DNA of 63,982 nt, the filler included, from Sphacelaria rigidula (lineage: Eukaryota), in NCBI GenBank assembly GCA_964200075.2. It is 9 parts of 9 records of this genome, joined end to end, with 100 filler letters (N's around TTAATTAATTAA, not from the genome) between each part and the next. Parts side by side here need not be neighbours in the genome. Positions count along the whole stretch, not along the records: positions 49,845 to 56,863 come from CAXNAA020016927.1; positions 56,964 to 63,982 come from CAXNAA020016928.1; 7 more parts are not named here. One strand, 5' to 3'. Positions 49,913 to 62,131 of the stretch are shown piece by piece. Under the pieces are notes generated by a model. The model was not told the DNA's origin and did not search any database. It saw only the letters and a program-made list of their open reading frames with translations. The position numbers and the translations under genes are program-made. Positions within the stretch are counted from its first letter, which is position 1. Each line of letters opens with the position of its first letter.

Positions 49913-51304
49913 TTATATGGGCGAAAAACGGATCTATTTTGAATAGGTTCTCCTGCTGTTCGAAATATATCCTTTTTTTGGCCCAAATAAATTGGGCCAA
50001 AAATGGATCTGTTTTGAGTAGCTTCTCCTGCTGTCCGAAATAAGGTAGTTTTTGCCTGATTGAAATCGGGCAAAAATCGGGCAAAAAGGAATTATCTCGC
50101 TCAGCAAGAGAAGCTATTCCTAAAAAATAATTTTACAGATTTTGTGCCAAAATAATTTGGAATTTTCGAAACTGGGAAGGCCTCTCCACAGGGTTGCTTG
50201 CAGGGTTTCGACAAAAACGCTATGCAAAATGCTACACAGGGGTTTTCACAAAGACTGTGGAGAACCGTGTGCAGCTCGTCTCACAGGGTGCTATTTGTCC
50301 ACGTGTGGAGCCTAGCCCACTTTTCAGATCAGCTTGGCTCCAAGGTTTCGAGAGCGGCCGCTGAACAAAAACCGTGTGCAACAAAATCTACGGCGATCTC
50401 CACAGATTATCGAGCAAACTGGCGGGGGTCGGCAAGCATAGATTTTTGCGCACGAATTTTTTTCAGCGGCCGGCTCGAAACCTCGGAGCCAAGTGAATCT
50501 AAAAAGCAGACTAGGCTCCTCTTTGTGGGGTGATGCAAAGTGTCCAAGAAGACGTGTGTTGGCGATTCTCCCTGTTTGGGGTTCAAAAGGGGGGTCAAAC
50601 GTCCCAACAGTGAACAACCCGTGGGCCAAAAATCTGTGTGCCATAATGTCCGGCCTAAACCATCGAAATATTTCGAAAAATAGCAAGTGGGCTCTCCGGC
50701 CGTGATGTACGGCGTCGCTCATCTCAAAAATATCAATCAATCCGTGATTCGTTAAATCTCTTGTCATGTAGTATGTGGAGATGAGGAAAAAACTGGGCTG
50801 AGAATTCGTATTTTTCTTGTCAGAGAAAATTAAGGTCGTTGATCGGTCGAGGTAACTCTCCGCCCTCAGCACCACCCTCATAGCCTTGAACATAAACCCG
50901 ATTAAGTCACCCTCTTCCGTTGTCCATGGCGGTCAGTATCATACCATGTATGCAACTAGTGGGTAAATATTGCCGAAGGCAATTGCTGAGACCCACGTTT
51001 GGGTGAGAGTCGTGAACCATCTAGTAAGTCGGGCTGAAGCTAGCGGCACGTGTTGAATGCGATCGAAGCTCATGCTCTAATACTCCACCTCCACGAATTT
51101 GATTGCTTGCGCTGGGCGCTGCTTATGTGGGGAACGTGCAGAACACAACCCGGTTATCTGCGTATTATGTCGTGGGGCGAGGGAGGCAGCTGCGGCACCC
51201 GCAGCGTTGACTTCGAGTCTGAATATCTGTATATTTGGCGAAAATTCTGTCTTGTAAAGAAACGGCGTGCCTAAGGGTTACGTCGTTCACGTTTCATAGC
51301 ACCC

Positions 51305-51680
51305 ATGAGACCGAGAGCAATACTGACGGGTCTACTGGCCTGCAGCCTCTTCAGGGATAACAACAATAGCAACGCTAGCGCTTTTGTGTACACATCCACA
51401 TCTTCATGTCTCCACAGTTTCTACAGCAATACCTGCAAAAGGCAGCAATGCGTGGGCAGTTGTCCCACGTCACCATCCCAATTTGAAGATCATGTCACCA
51501 CTGCAACATGCCGTGCTGCCGCTAGGTCGCACACACGGCGGCGGCGACCACGTTCCACTGCCCTTTCTTCTACCGCAGGCTCCGCAGGAGAATCTATTAG
51601 AGAGGGTGGGGATGATGGGGAAGATGCAACGAGTGCTGCATCAACGCCGAATATGTCGTCTGGAAGCGGTGGATCAGCAG
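51305..51680 (+). CDS. DUF179/UPF0301 (AlgH-like) protein, exon 1: bipartite plastid-targeting presequence
   Basis: MRPRAILTGLLACSLF...NASAFV (heterokont ASAF cleavage motif), then an S/T/R-rich transit peptide; donor G|gtgaag in phase 1. Confidence 0.75.
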
Positions 51681-51699
51681 GTGAAGTAGGATAGGTGAC

Positions 51700-53450
51700 G
51701 GAGGATAACACCCCTAGTGACGAATTTTCAAACTTGAATTTCTTTAGGTCTGTGTATGCTATGCGGCCGAACGTTGTCGCATTTGAAATATCATGTCTGA
51801 AGTTCTTGTGCGAGGTGTTCTTCGGGAGTCTAGGGTGTGGGGCCTCGATAATGTCGCGGTGTATAATCGATCCGCGGACTGTGTTACGCTGACACCAAAG
51901 CTCTGGACACCTTAGTAAGGCATGTCGAGGGCTGAATCCTACCCCGACCACGGTTGCGGTTTTTCCATGGAAGGGTCGCAGTAGGAGTCAGTGCCAACTG
52001 ATTCCCTGTTGTCGCAGGATAGCTATCATGCTTTTATCACGATGTGCGCGGACGGGGCTCTTCAAGCTTTCCGTGCATGCTGCCACATGTTGATCAATTT
52101 CGTCAAACACACATCACTTATTGTGTTGAGGTCTTCATTCACAGCGCAAAAGTTATACCGCAAGCCTCATCCAAAACGCGGATGAGGTTCACCCTTAGCC
52201 GGCGAGAGTAGGTCCTCTGTGGAATCGGCATCAATTTCACTTGAAAAAATATTTTTGATCCAGATGGACTACCCTCGTGGTCCAAAGATCAACACTTTAA
52301 TGCATTTTGGGTACGTGGGTGCCAATGCGAACTTTGCATCTTGATTCATTAAATACGAATACGGGTACAGTATTCAGGAGGAAGATCCTAGAGCTTCGCA
52401 ATCGACTGCGAGCCTCTTCTCAGAACAGTATTTTCCACGACAACCCGGCGGGTGAGCCGAGCAAGGGTGTACTTTTTCGGGGAAGGGAGGGAGGCCGTCT
52501 TCGAGAACTCGTGGAGCATCTAAAGCACGATTGGAGCAATCGCAGACCTATGAAATGCATTATCATCACCGTGCTGTACCAGTTGGCACACGCGGCCTCT
52601 GCCGTAGCTTTTGGGAAAAGTTCTTGAAAATATTTACGACGCGAGACACACGCACTCGTAAGAAGCATGTCTTGGCTCGAGGAGTGGTCCTCAAGCAGTG
52701 ACAGGGTTTCGCGGTGCCCTGACTTTTCTACGCACGTCCCAATACCCTTGTGTCGGTGCAACCAGGCGTTTTGTGTCCGATCAATTGTGGACTAGAAAGT
52801 CGATATCCATTGCTGTCGATATAAGCCTCCACCCTCCCTGCGAGATGGTATTGAAACGCTGGTTGAAGTTCACTTGGAACTTGGGTAATGTCGATAATGT
52901 TCATCACAGAGTTCGGAATAGCTTACCTGACCCGCAGTTCAGTGTTTGAAATACCGATACGCCCGATGACGAGCGAATACAGCCGATATCATTGTTTTTT
53001 CTGAATCTGATTCGCCCGTAAATTATTATCGTATGCACCGCGCCCCGCTTGTTTAATCGTACAGTTGGTACCATTAGGGCGGAAAAGAACGCCGATTTGA
53101 TTCCATGCTGATGCATTTGGAATTTTTCTTTGAAGTGTCTAATTTCTGTCGTTGAAAGCGTGAAGACGTGAGGAGCAACAAGGTTATGTTTTACTGACTT
53201 CGTCCAAGGAGACTCGATGCGGTGAAGGAGTGTTAGTCAGTATTCAGTCCCCGAGCCAACAGGGAAGGCGTACACCGGAGGAGAAATGAGTTCGTCTCTT
53301 GTGACCGCAAACTCCTCCGGAGGGAGAGGGGGGAAGATGAAAGGGCGATGAATCAATATGTACAAAGCGTCCATGCCCGATAAAGATGAATTTACGATAT
53401 TGATGCCTTGGAGGCGCTTATTGGAATATGGATGTGTCCATGTTTTCTTG
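51700..53450 (-). mobile_element. Possible highly decayed LINE reverse transcriptase in the intron
   Basis: Only remnants: QHGIKS near 53100 and HGDDNA near 52570, in the expected RT order; many stops. Confidence 0.3.
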
Positions 53451-55218
53451 TCGGGGTGTTTGCTCAGTTCGCTCGCTCGCTTCTAGCCCCCCACCCCCCT
53501 TTCTCTCACACGTTTCTCTTCTGCACTTTTGGACAAATACGGTGAAAAGGTAAGGATGGTAATCATAGAGAGAAAGGTTAACGTAGGCTTCCCAGCTTGC
53601 TTCTTCGATTTTCCGTGATCACATTTTCATCTAGTATAGTGGAAAGTGTCCTCAACTCAACGCCGAGGTGTTTTTTTGCGCCATTGCTCCAGTATCTAAA
53701 CACTGAGCACTGCCCGAAAGCAACCCAAAGGCGAACTATTCGCTATGGCAGAGCCAAAGCAGTAGCCATTCATGACTGTCGCGGTTGTGGGGTGTGTGGT
53801 GGTATGTATGACAGAACCGTTCTGTTCCCCGTCGGAAGGTCACAAGTTTGAACCTCGGCCCCAGCAGAAAAAAAACGGTTCCTCAGAGACACGGAGACGG
53901 ACTCTGTTCTCTCCTTCGAAGGTGTCACTAACTTTTTTTTTCTTACCCCGTAACCACGGGTGTGGGTAGTTCTCGACGTCAAGGGTACATTTCCTTCTAA
54001 GGAAGCGCACCAGCTGCATTCGTGGACAACACTTTTTTTCTGTGCACCCTCACCATTTGTGAACCCCCGTTCCGTGGTTCTTGTTTCTCACCTTACCCGT
54101 TCTCCTCTCACCTTACCCGTGCTCCACGAGGTTCATGATTCACGTCGATTTTGAACCTAACGCCACGGGGTACACAGTGCAGCAACCCATCCGACAGCGA
54201 GTACCCGATGCGGTGGACCGCCCCGAAGAGGATTCCACACAAAAGCCGTAGAGCTGGAATTTTTTGCATCATTCTATTTCGTCACTCTAAGAAATCCGTC
54301 GTCACAATTTTCGTTCCAGTTGCCACGGCACACGTCAGCTTGGTTAAATCTTTAGGTCCATGACATTTCCGTGTCACGCACAGCGTTTACGGTTCTCACG
54401 TTGTTCGGCCGTTCACCGTTGCTGTTTCTTTCTAGGCTGCTAGCTTTTCCTTTTATTGTTCGGTGGTTTGTTATCTTGTCACCCATGATGACCTGTATTT
54501 TTGTAGTGAACCTGCTTGTTTCTCATTTTGTTTTTGCGGTAAAACCAACCTCTACTTTTTACCCGGATGTGTTTTACACTGACAGTGGTCTCGGCGCTAC
54601 AGTATAGGGCGTGCTAAATACGTGTCTGCACAAGCGTCTTCGTCCAGCACAGCATTCTTGAGTTGGTACCTTTCGGCAAAACTCGATCCCCGAAGTTTGG
54701 AGAGGGTGCTGTGTAAATCGCCCCGGTGATATCTACGCATGTAGACACAGGAGGACGTTTTTGTTTCGGTGGCAGGACTGACTGTACGTCGCCTGCGTCC
54801 CTTGGCAATGACTATGGGTATTCGGGATAGATTGACCTTGATGTTGCTCCCGGAAGCCTCGTGGTGTGCTCGCCACTGATGCTCTTCGGAACGCAACGAG
54901 TCGAGATGCCGAGGAATGCCACCGCATCCAGACTGTGCATAAATCGTACGGTAATATCCTTTGAGCTATAGAGTGGTTCCGGTCGCACAACCGCATATTT
55001 TGGGTCCAAGCTGCTGTGTCGCCTGTGACACATGGAACACATGCACGTGAGTAGAAATGCTGAAACGTACAGCTGCAGTAGCCCGGTGCAGCTGCTTATT
55101 CCGAGGTTTTGCGGACATATTCAATACCACGGTTCCTCCCCATCGCTTCCTCTTGTCACACACACACACACACACACAAGTAAACCCATTTTGCCCAGAA
55201 TGCTCCTGTACATTACAG

Positions 55219-55547
55219 GTGGCGAAGTACCCATCGGTGAAAATAAAAATGACGAGCAGGAGAAAAAAGATGCGACAAATGACGAGAGTGCTGACGAAGG
55301 TGAAGACGGAGAGGATGCGGAACAACTCTTTGTCCCCGCCGGGGACATAAGCGACCGGCGCCTGTACCGAGCCAAACTGCTTGCCGGTTCTGACAAGAAA
55401 TGGAGAGAGCAACTGAAGAGGAACATCAACACTGGGCAGTTGGGTGGGCAGGATGCGTGGGCGCATGAGCTGAGCTCCCCGGAGCAAGGGTGCTTGATCG
55501 TGGCCAAGTCTCGCGAGTTCAGCCTGTCGCAGCACTACTTCAATGAG
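55219..55547 (+). CDS. DUF179/UPF0301 (AlgH-like) protein, exon 2
   Basis: cag|GT GGC... (phase 1). SDRRLYRAKLL...WAHELSSPEQGCLIVAK...QHYFNE|gttagt matches the plant/algal DUF179 pattern DWRxFRAxL...WAHxIxxPExGCxLxA. Confidence 0.82.
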
Positions 55548-56254
55548 GTTAGTGAGGCTCTCTTGCATCCTAAAATTATTCAAATGATCGAGGGACTGGA
55601 AAAGGTGACGCAGTTGCGGTGTCTGAACACTTTCAGATACATTGTGGCCAAATTCTAGTTGGAAAGCGCAGTTTAGATCTTGGCATGAAGTCCAACGCCG
55701 TGCGTGTGTCTCAGCAGTACTGTGGAGATTGGCAGCATTGAGGTTCCGACGTGAGACGGTCTCATTTGTTGTCTCATATTTCTGCAACTCATTTGCTATA
55801 CTCCAGCTGACATGACAATGCGGGAGGCACCAAGGGTGTATGCGTGGAAACGCTCGCGAAAGTAGATGGAAAATATTGAAGTGCGTGAACGCAACCGTGC
55901 AGTTCGCGTCGTTCTCCACCAGCATCCCAAGCAACATCCGCAAAAACATTTTTGGTGGTCATTCAAACGCATTGTGTATTGAAAACTTCGCTGACTAGGT
56001 GCAGGGCTTGGCGGTCGAACCCACAGGGTAACGGCCGACCGGGCGTTTTGACTGCTACCTGTAGCCGCTACGTGTCATTCTATGTCACTCGCTTGTGCCT
56101 GGCGCATGTCTAACAAAAAGACAAGTATGAGAAATGTATCGCAAACCAACGAGGTTTAGAACGCTGTCCCCACGAGCTTCCCCCCCCCCTCCCTGCGATG
56201 GTCAAATGACTAAGGCAAGCAACAAATGAGTACGTCCCCCCCTCCTCCCTGCGA

Positions 56255-56720
56255 AAAATATGAAACTGCGATTTCGGGTGGGGGACCTGTACCTGCCAGA
56301 AAGAAGAAAGATATATACCGGTAGCCGAGAGGAGGAGGAAGTAGATGCACAGAACTGCCTCTGTGGCGAAGGAATAAAGAGCAGAAGTCATATAGTGGCA
56401 GAATGCGAACTATACAAGGAGGAACGGGATGTGCTAGCGGAGGAAATGCGGGACGTGAACGAAGGTGGCATGAAGTCATTTGATCCATCAGACAGTAGGG
56501 AGAAAACGATGGCTATTCTAGGCGATAGATGGTGGCCACAGACGGCGAAACAAGACACGGGGATAAGATATGTAAAATGTGTTTGTGTTATGTGTGAGAG
56601 AAACGTAGTGAGCGCCGGAATGTTGGAGGTGTCTCTATTAGGAGTAGGAACGGTGCTCGGTCTCGAAAGGGACACGTGGTCAATGGTCGAACGACTAAGG
56701 CAAGCTACAAATGAGTACGC
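56255..56720 (+). mobile_element. Family B LINE 3' region encoding the C-terminal CCHC zinc knuckle
   Basis: KLRFRVGDL...NCLCGEGIKSRSHIVAECELYKEER (CxC..H...C motif of non-LTR ORF2), ending ...aaatgagtacgccccc. Stacked with short family B copies at 56199-56236 and 56740-56802 and a family A copy at 56817-56863. Confidence 0.85.
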
Positions 56721-56966
56721 CCCCGCCCCCCCCCCTCAGCTCCGTCTCAAAAGGGATGCGTGGTCAATGGTCACACGACTAAGGCACGCAACAAATGAGT
56801 ACCCCCCCCCCCCTCAAGAGCCTGGTCCGGCAAAAACCCGGCGTGCTCCCTTCCGGCATTGTANNNNNNNNNNNNNNNNNNNNNNNNNNNNNNNNNNNNN
56901 NNNNNNNTTAATTAATTAANNNNNNNNNNNNNNNNNNNNNNNNNNNNNNNNNNNNNNNNNNNNTTT

Positions 56967-57022
56967 TGTGGTCAACGGTCAAACGACTAAGGCAAGCAAC
57001 GAATGAGAACCCCCCCCCCCCC
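56967..57022 (+). mobile_element. Family B 3' end followed by a C-run
   Basis: gtggtcaacggtcaaacgactaaggcaagcaacgaatgagaa followed by poly(C). Confidence 0.8.
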
Positions 57023-59371
57023 CTCCTCCCCTCTCTCACACACACACACAATATTTCGTTTGCAACGACCACTAGTGAGCGAACACTGTCGGACCCTTAT
57101 GTCCTGACAACATCTGACACGTCCGCATCAAAAGTTCGATTCAAGAACAAAAACATACCTGAAACAAAAAAATGACGAGACAAATTTTATTTACGTTCGC
57201 GTGAAATAGCCCATCCATCCATCTTTCTTTTTTTCAAGGATATCGTGGTTGATTGTCTTCGAGAGAGAGGGAGAGAGACAGGAGTCAATTCTTCGGGAAC
57301 CAGACAGCTACAACAGAAAGCTGGTGGACATGGTAAGAAATGATTATCGCGGGTGTTGTCTAGGGGACGAAAATTACGAAACACCATGGACGGTGAAGAA
57401 CGTGCTCTTCGCATTTGCAGCGTGAAAAAACAACAAACCCACCAGACGTAGAACTGTGTCATGAACGTATGATTCCAGATAAGTACCAGTGCTTCCCGCG
57501 CCCCGGTCTTCGCCGCCGATGCTATGGAAAATGACACCAAAAGCGCCAGCACCGTGGTCGTCACGGGATGCTCCATCGGCCGTAACGTCTGACCGAAGCA
57601 CGAACCGAAAGTCATTGTGCCGCACACACCCGCGCGGGCTCACTTTCGTCCCTCCTCTTCCTGGCCTCTTTTCTCCGCTTGCTTGCCTCGCCAGGTGTTA
57701 CGGCAGAGGTGGTGCGCCTTCTGAGGCAGCAGCTAGGAAGCACCCAGCGTATGTGTGCTATGTACAGATCAGATCTTCCGTCGCGCTCAGTGGAAGTTGA
57801 GATTTGAAGAAAAAATACGTTATTTCGGCTTCTCCGCTCCCTGCGTTCTGTCTCGAGCGCAAGCCGTCCTGCAACAACCTGCCGTTGGAGTATGACTTGG
57901 GCGTTACTTTTTTTTCCTTGTGTCGAAAGTCAAATCGGTGGAATGCGAGTGGAGGCATTTGTCGTGCGCGCACCCGAGGAAGTTATATGCACCATGACCT
58001 ACTGCATTTTTTACCTAATAGGGGAAGGATAGAAAGTTGCGTAGGACCGATTATTCGTGGGTCTGTATTGTGGGGAGTCAGCGCGGCAGCAAGAAAAACG
58101 AAAACCGGTGTGTCGGGTGCATCAGCCACGCGTAACAACAACTGATATTTGGGATAGCAGGTAGACAACTCAATGCCGGTCCCACCTACTCGATGCTCTC
58201 TCTCTCGATCAAGGAACAAGGAACACCCAGCATTTGATCATTTGGAAAGAGTATTGGACGAACACTACAAAGTATATCAGCCATGACTGTAAATATGTCT
58301 GCTGCAGTCTGCACCGAACGATTGTCGGCAAAACAACGACGACAACGAAATCTGAGGGATGGGAATTGACGGGACCCACATGTCCCAAAGATATCTCAGG
58401 TCCGCGCTACAATGCACTTCCCTGCCCCGAACCCTGCCCCCCAACGCGGTGCTGCCACTTTGGAACAAACCGAAAGGTGCAGCTGCCCGCGTACAGCAGA
58501 ACAGTACAACATACGGTACACTCAAAGCTGTGAGATTTCAGGGATACGGCACAATAATGTCTCTGCAGCAGCTTTGATACTTAAGTGCACATCGGCACAC
58601 ATAAAGTTGCCGCGGAGATCGAGACAGATCATGGATATACACCACAGCTCACCTCTTCAACCTGTCGCTACGCCGCGCTGCCGTTGCGTGTTGCCCCGCA
58701 TCGGTATGGGGGTATTGGATAATGACCATCAATCTAATAGTATAAATAGCGGCGTGTTCTGGCGGGTTACTCTGACAACACAAGATACTTGATACTGTGC
58801 TGAGGGCAAACAACAATGTTTAGAGCTGGTAAACGCATCGCCGTGGTGGCCTCTCCCATAATCGGCCTCGGAGCATGGTCTGCATTCGTTTTTCAGGAGA
58901 GGAGCAGGGAGCCGAGAGATATTCGGTTTGAAATTGGATCCCCAGGTGCAGTTTGGTTTGACATATGATCATTCGTTGCACAAGGCGACGCGGTATAACA
59001 CCCCCCGTTGCTGCAAGCTGCTACCACCTCTCATCTCGTGTAGAGGGACAACTGGATATTGTCAAGATGACATGTGCCATGGAATATCTCGAAAAAATGG
59101 TTTTAATGACAACTCGAATGTCACTGTGACCGGCACATAGTCTTTGAGAGAGTCGAGAGACTGAATAATTGATATCGGGGGTGCTACAGCGAGACCCTGC
59201 CCGACTACCGTAGATGATGGTATACAACACCCCCTATGACAACGTTTTCGGCTCCGCCCCCATGGGGTAACTTTTGTATCCTAAGTGCATAGCCCGATCA
59301 AAGTATAGGACTCTGCTTTTTTTCTGTGCTATGACATGTATTCAGACGTGTCTTATCGAGCTGAAAAATAG

Positions 59372-59473
59372 CAGCGAAGAGCAAAGCAAGCGTCCAAGAG
59401 CAGCATATTGATTGGTCATCCAACCGTGGCGACCAACCAACATGCTTTGGGACGCTTGCTTTGCTCTTCGCTG
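59372..59473. other. ~100-nt hairpin with a 24-bp perfect outer stem (MITE or miRNA-like)
   Basis: cagcgaagagcaaagcaagcgtcc ... ggacgcttgctttgctcttcgctg, with further imperfect inner pairing. Confidence 0.8.
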
Positions 59474-59704
59474 TTTCACTGCAGTCGGTTTAGATGGGCC
59501 ATGACGTCTCGCAACTAAAAAATTAAATGAGGTATGGATTAGTAAACAGCATTAGAATACCGCCAGAGGGTTATGAGCCCTCGTCTCTCTGGGACAGCAG
59601 AGCGCTCTGTCGATTAAGCTATGACGGTGCGTTGAGGACAGGACAATCCCCACGAGAGGTGACAGGGAAGATCCCAGAAGTGAGCTGAAGATGTTCAGGA
59701 AGCC

Positions 59705-60092
59705 AACAGTTTACCCATTGAACAAGTGAGCGCTCACGCTCACTGATTGAATGGGTAAACTGTTGGCCCCTCTGAACAAAATATATGCTGTGTGATCCAT
59801 CCCGGCATGACACATCAGAGATCTCCGGGGCCCCTGCCCCTCGCAAGCCTCACTGTTCACACGTCGAACTAATTCCTTCCACAATCGATCATGCCGGGAC
59901 TCGAACCGCAAATATTTTGTCCAGGAAGCGAACTGTTTACCGATTGAACCAGATCTCCGGGGGCCCTTGCCCCTCGCAAGCCTCACTGTTCACATGTCAA
60001 ACTCGTTCCTTGCACAATCAACCATGCCGAGACTCGAACCGCATATCCTTTGTTCAGGAAGCGAACAGTTTACCCATTGATTGAATCAGTGA
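59705..60092 (-). repeat. Tandem tRNA-derived units (~132 bp x2) plus an adjacent inverted repeat
   Basis: agatctccggg...ctcgaaccgca...gtttacc(g/c)attga occurs twice. Minus strand shows A-box tggttcaatcgg and B-box ggttcgagtcc. Hairpin at 59705-59764. Confidence 0.65.
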
Positions 60093-60818
60093 GACCTATG
60101 TTTCTGCCAAAACAGTAGGAGTACAAAGGAAGAGGTCACCATATCAATAGAAAAACTCTCATGACCCACCGACGCATGAATCTGCAGTAGTGTATAAACA
60201 CAAGCATTGTGGCTGAAGCGTCCTTCTTCATTCTCTCCTCTCCCGTGTAGAGTGCATATCCAGCAGATGGATTATCAAGCAGCGGCCTCTTTTGCATACG
60301 TTGCACAGCTCATGAGCTACCGAAAACAACGCATTAAAAGAGGAATCTCAGATCGGTTGGGCCAAAAACACGAAATTCGTGACCGCGGGGTCAGCGAAGC
60401 CATAGCGCAACCTTCGTGCTTCTCAGCGTGCTCGGCATCCAGCGTCGTGCGGAGAAAATACGGAAACACGGGCCGAACGAGCACGTTCATGATCCGGATC
60501 AGTACACCAACAAGAAGTAAAATTTAGGTAGCTTACCAGCTGTCCGATGTGTGCACTTTTGCGTTCAACGAGTAGTACAGATGTTCTACGGCAAAACAGC
60601 AAGGTCGCCCCCCCCCCCCCCCTCCCAGCCTACGGGATGAAGGCTAGGTACGAGAGGAGTGACACTAACCGGAGTCATAATCCAAATTACAGTCTCGGGG
60701 GGGACAGGGGGGGTCGGTGAAGAAGTCACAGTAAACCTCCCTTTCCTCGCGACGAGTCCGCAGTGTCGAAGGGATCAAGTCCATCCCTCCCCCGGGACGC
60801 ACGTACCTTACAATATGG

Positions 60819-61240
60819 AACAGTGGATTCTCGAAAACGAGGTTGGAAAAAAAAATGAGATTCAACTCGAAAGCCGTGCTTTCCCTGACCTAAGTTCATG
60901 ACAAATGACTTTCATACGAACGACCTCATCCCTCCCGACCTCCCTGAAACTATTTCGGGGGATTTCTAGCCTGCCGTTCCCCCAAGGGGTTTGTGCGAAA
61001 GCACGATTTTAGGATCTAAAAAGCGTCTTTTTTACACTCCGAAACCGAGGCAAAAGTGTGCTTTCGCACATACGCTTTGGGGGAACAGAAGGCTAGAAAT
61101 CCCCCGAAATAGTTTTAGGGAGGTCAGGCGGGATGAGGTCGTCCGTACGAAAGTCATTTATCATTAAATTAGGTCAGGCGAGCACGGATTTTGAGTTGAA
61201 CTTCATTTTTTTTCAACCCCATTTCCGAGAATCCACTGTT
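60819..61240. mobile_element. Intact fold-back MITE, 422 bp, 4-bp TSD ATGG
   Basis: atgg|aacagtggattctcg...cgagaatccactgtt|atgg; nearly the whole element is palindromic. Confidence 0.9.
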
Positions 61241-61713
61241 ATGGGTGCTACGAATGGAAAAAAAAATCGTTGAAGAATATTTCAAGGTATATCCACTCTT
61301 TGCCGGCTTCCGGGGTCCCAGCGTGAAGACCCCCAAAAGCCAGTACAGATTGATTAAAAAATAAATACTAAAAATGGACTTTTCCGGAGGTAGTCCAAGG
61401 AATGTACAAAGTTTCTTTGCGTACTCGAACAGCTATTCCCAAACCGCTGATGTAAGCTAAAGCGCACAAGGGAAACGTTGGTAGCATACTATAATCAAGT
61501 AGTCAGGGGATTCCGCGCACATTTGTATTATTTGCGGAGTGATTTGGGTCAGCAAGCAAGCTCGCACCTCGTCGATTGCTCGTCGAGTTCCCTTAGCTCT
61601 ACCCTCGTACTCGCGCTTTCAAAGAACACGGAAATAAGATTCTGCTTTAATAAGAAGGAAAAAAAAAGAAGCGCACGTGTCGAGATTGGAAGTCGTAACC
61701 CTCGTAACTTTTT

Positions 61714-61889
61714 CACGCCATGGGCAATATACGGTCAATAGATGCAATAGACGAGAAATGTACTGCATAAAGTGTAGGCCTATTGCAACTATTGTGCCGG
61801 TCCACAATAGTCGCAATAGGCCTACACTTTATGCAGTACACTTCTCGTCTATTGCAACTATTTATTGACCATATATTGTCCAAGGTGTG
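61714..61889. mobile_element. Near-perfect 176-bp palindrome (CAC...GTG ends)
   Basis: tgcaatagacgagaaatgtactgcataaagtgtaggcctattgc / gcaataggcctacactttatgcagtacacttctcgtctattgca around a very short loop. Confidence 0.8.
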
Positions 61890-61924
61890 GACTTGTTCTT
61901 CTTCTCGTTCAAGAAAGGAGGAAA

Positions 61925-62131
61925 ACCTCACCCGACACTTACCCCGCAAGCGGATTCGTGTGCCGATTACGAGGAGGCTCGGCCAGACCGCCTCGCGGCA
62001 GTCATGTGGGGTAGGCGCCTCAAGCGTTCGGAAAGCTTTGCTTAAGGCACTCTGGGGGTCGAACCCACTATACCCCCCCCCCGTCAACTAGACGCAGTGC
62101 ACGCACCGTCTTACTCGTCTGAGCTTCGGTC
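61925..62131 (-). mobile_element. tRNA-derived SINE, family S2
   Basis: Reverse-complement homolog of 23812-23990, with gaagctcagacg and ggttcgacccc boxes. Confidence 0.65.

Noticed and set aside
54966-55949. 327-aa minus-strand ORF
   Set aside because: It is antisense to the DUF179 exon, runs through a (CA)n repeat and has no recognisable domain.
57485-57740. Possible small minus-strand exons
   Set aside because: Splice-like signals exist, but there is no recognisable domain or consistent multi-exon frame.
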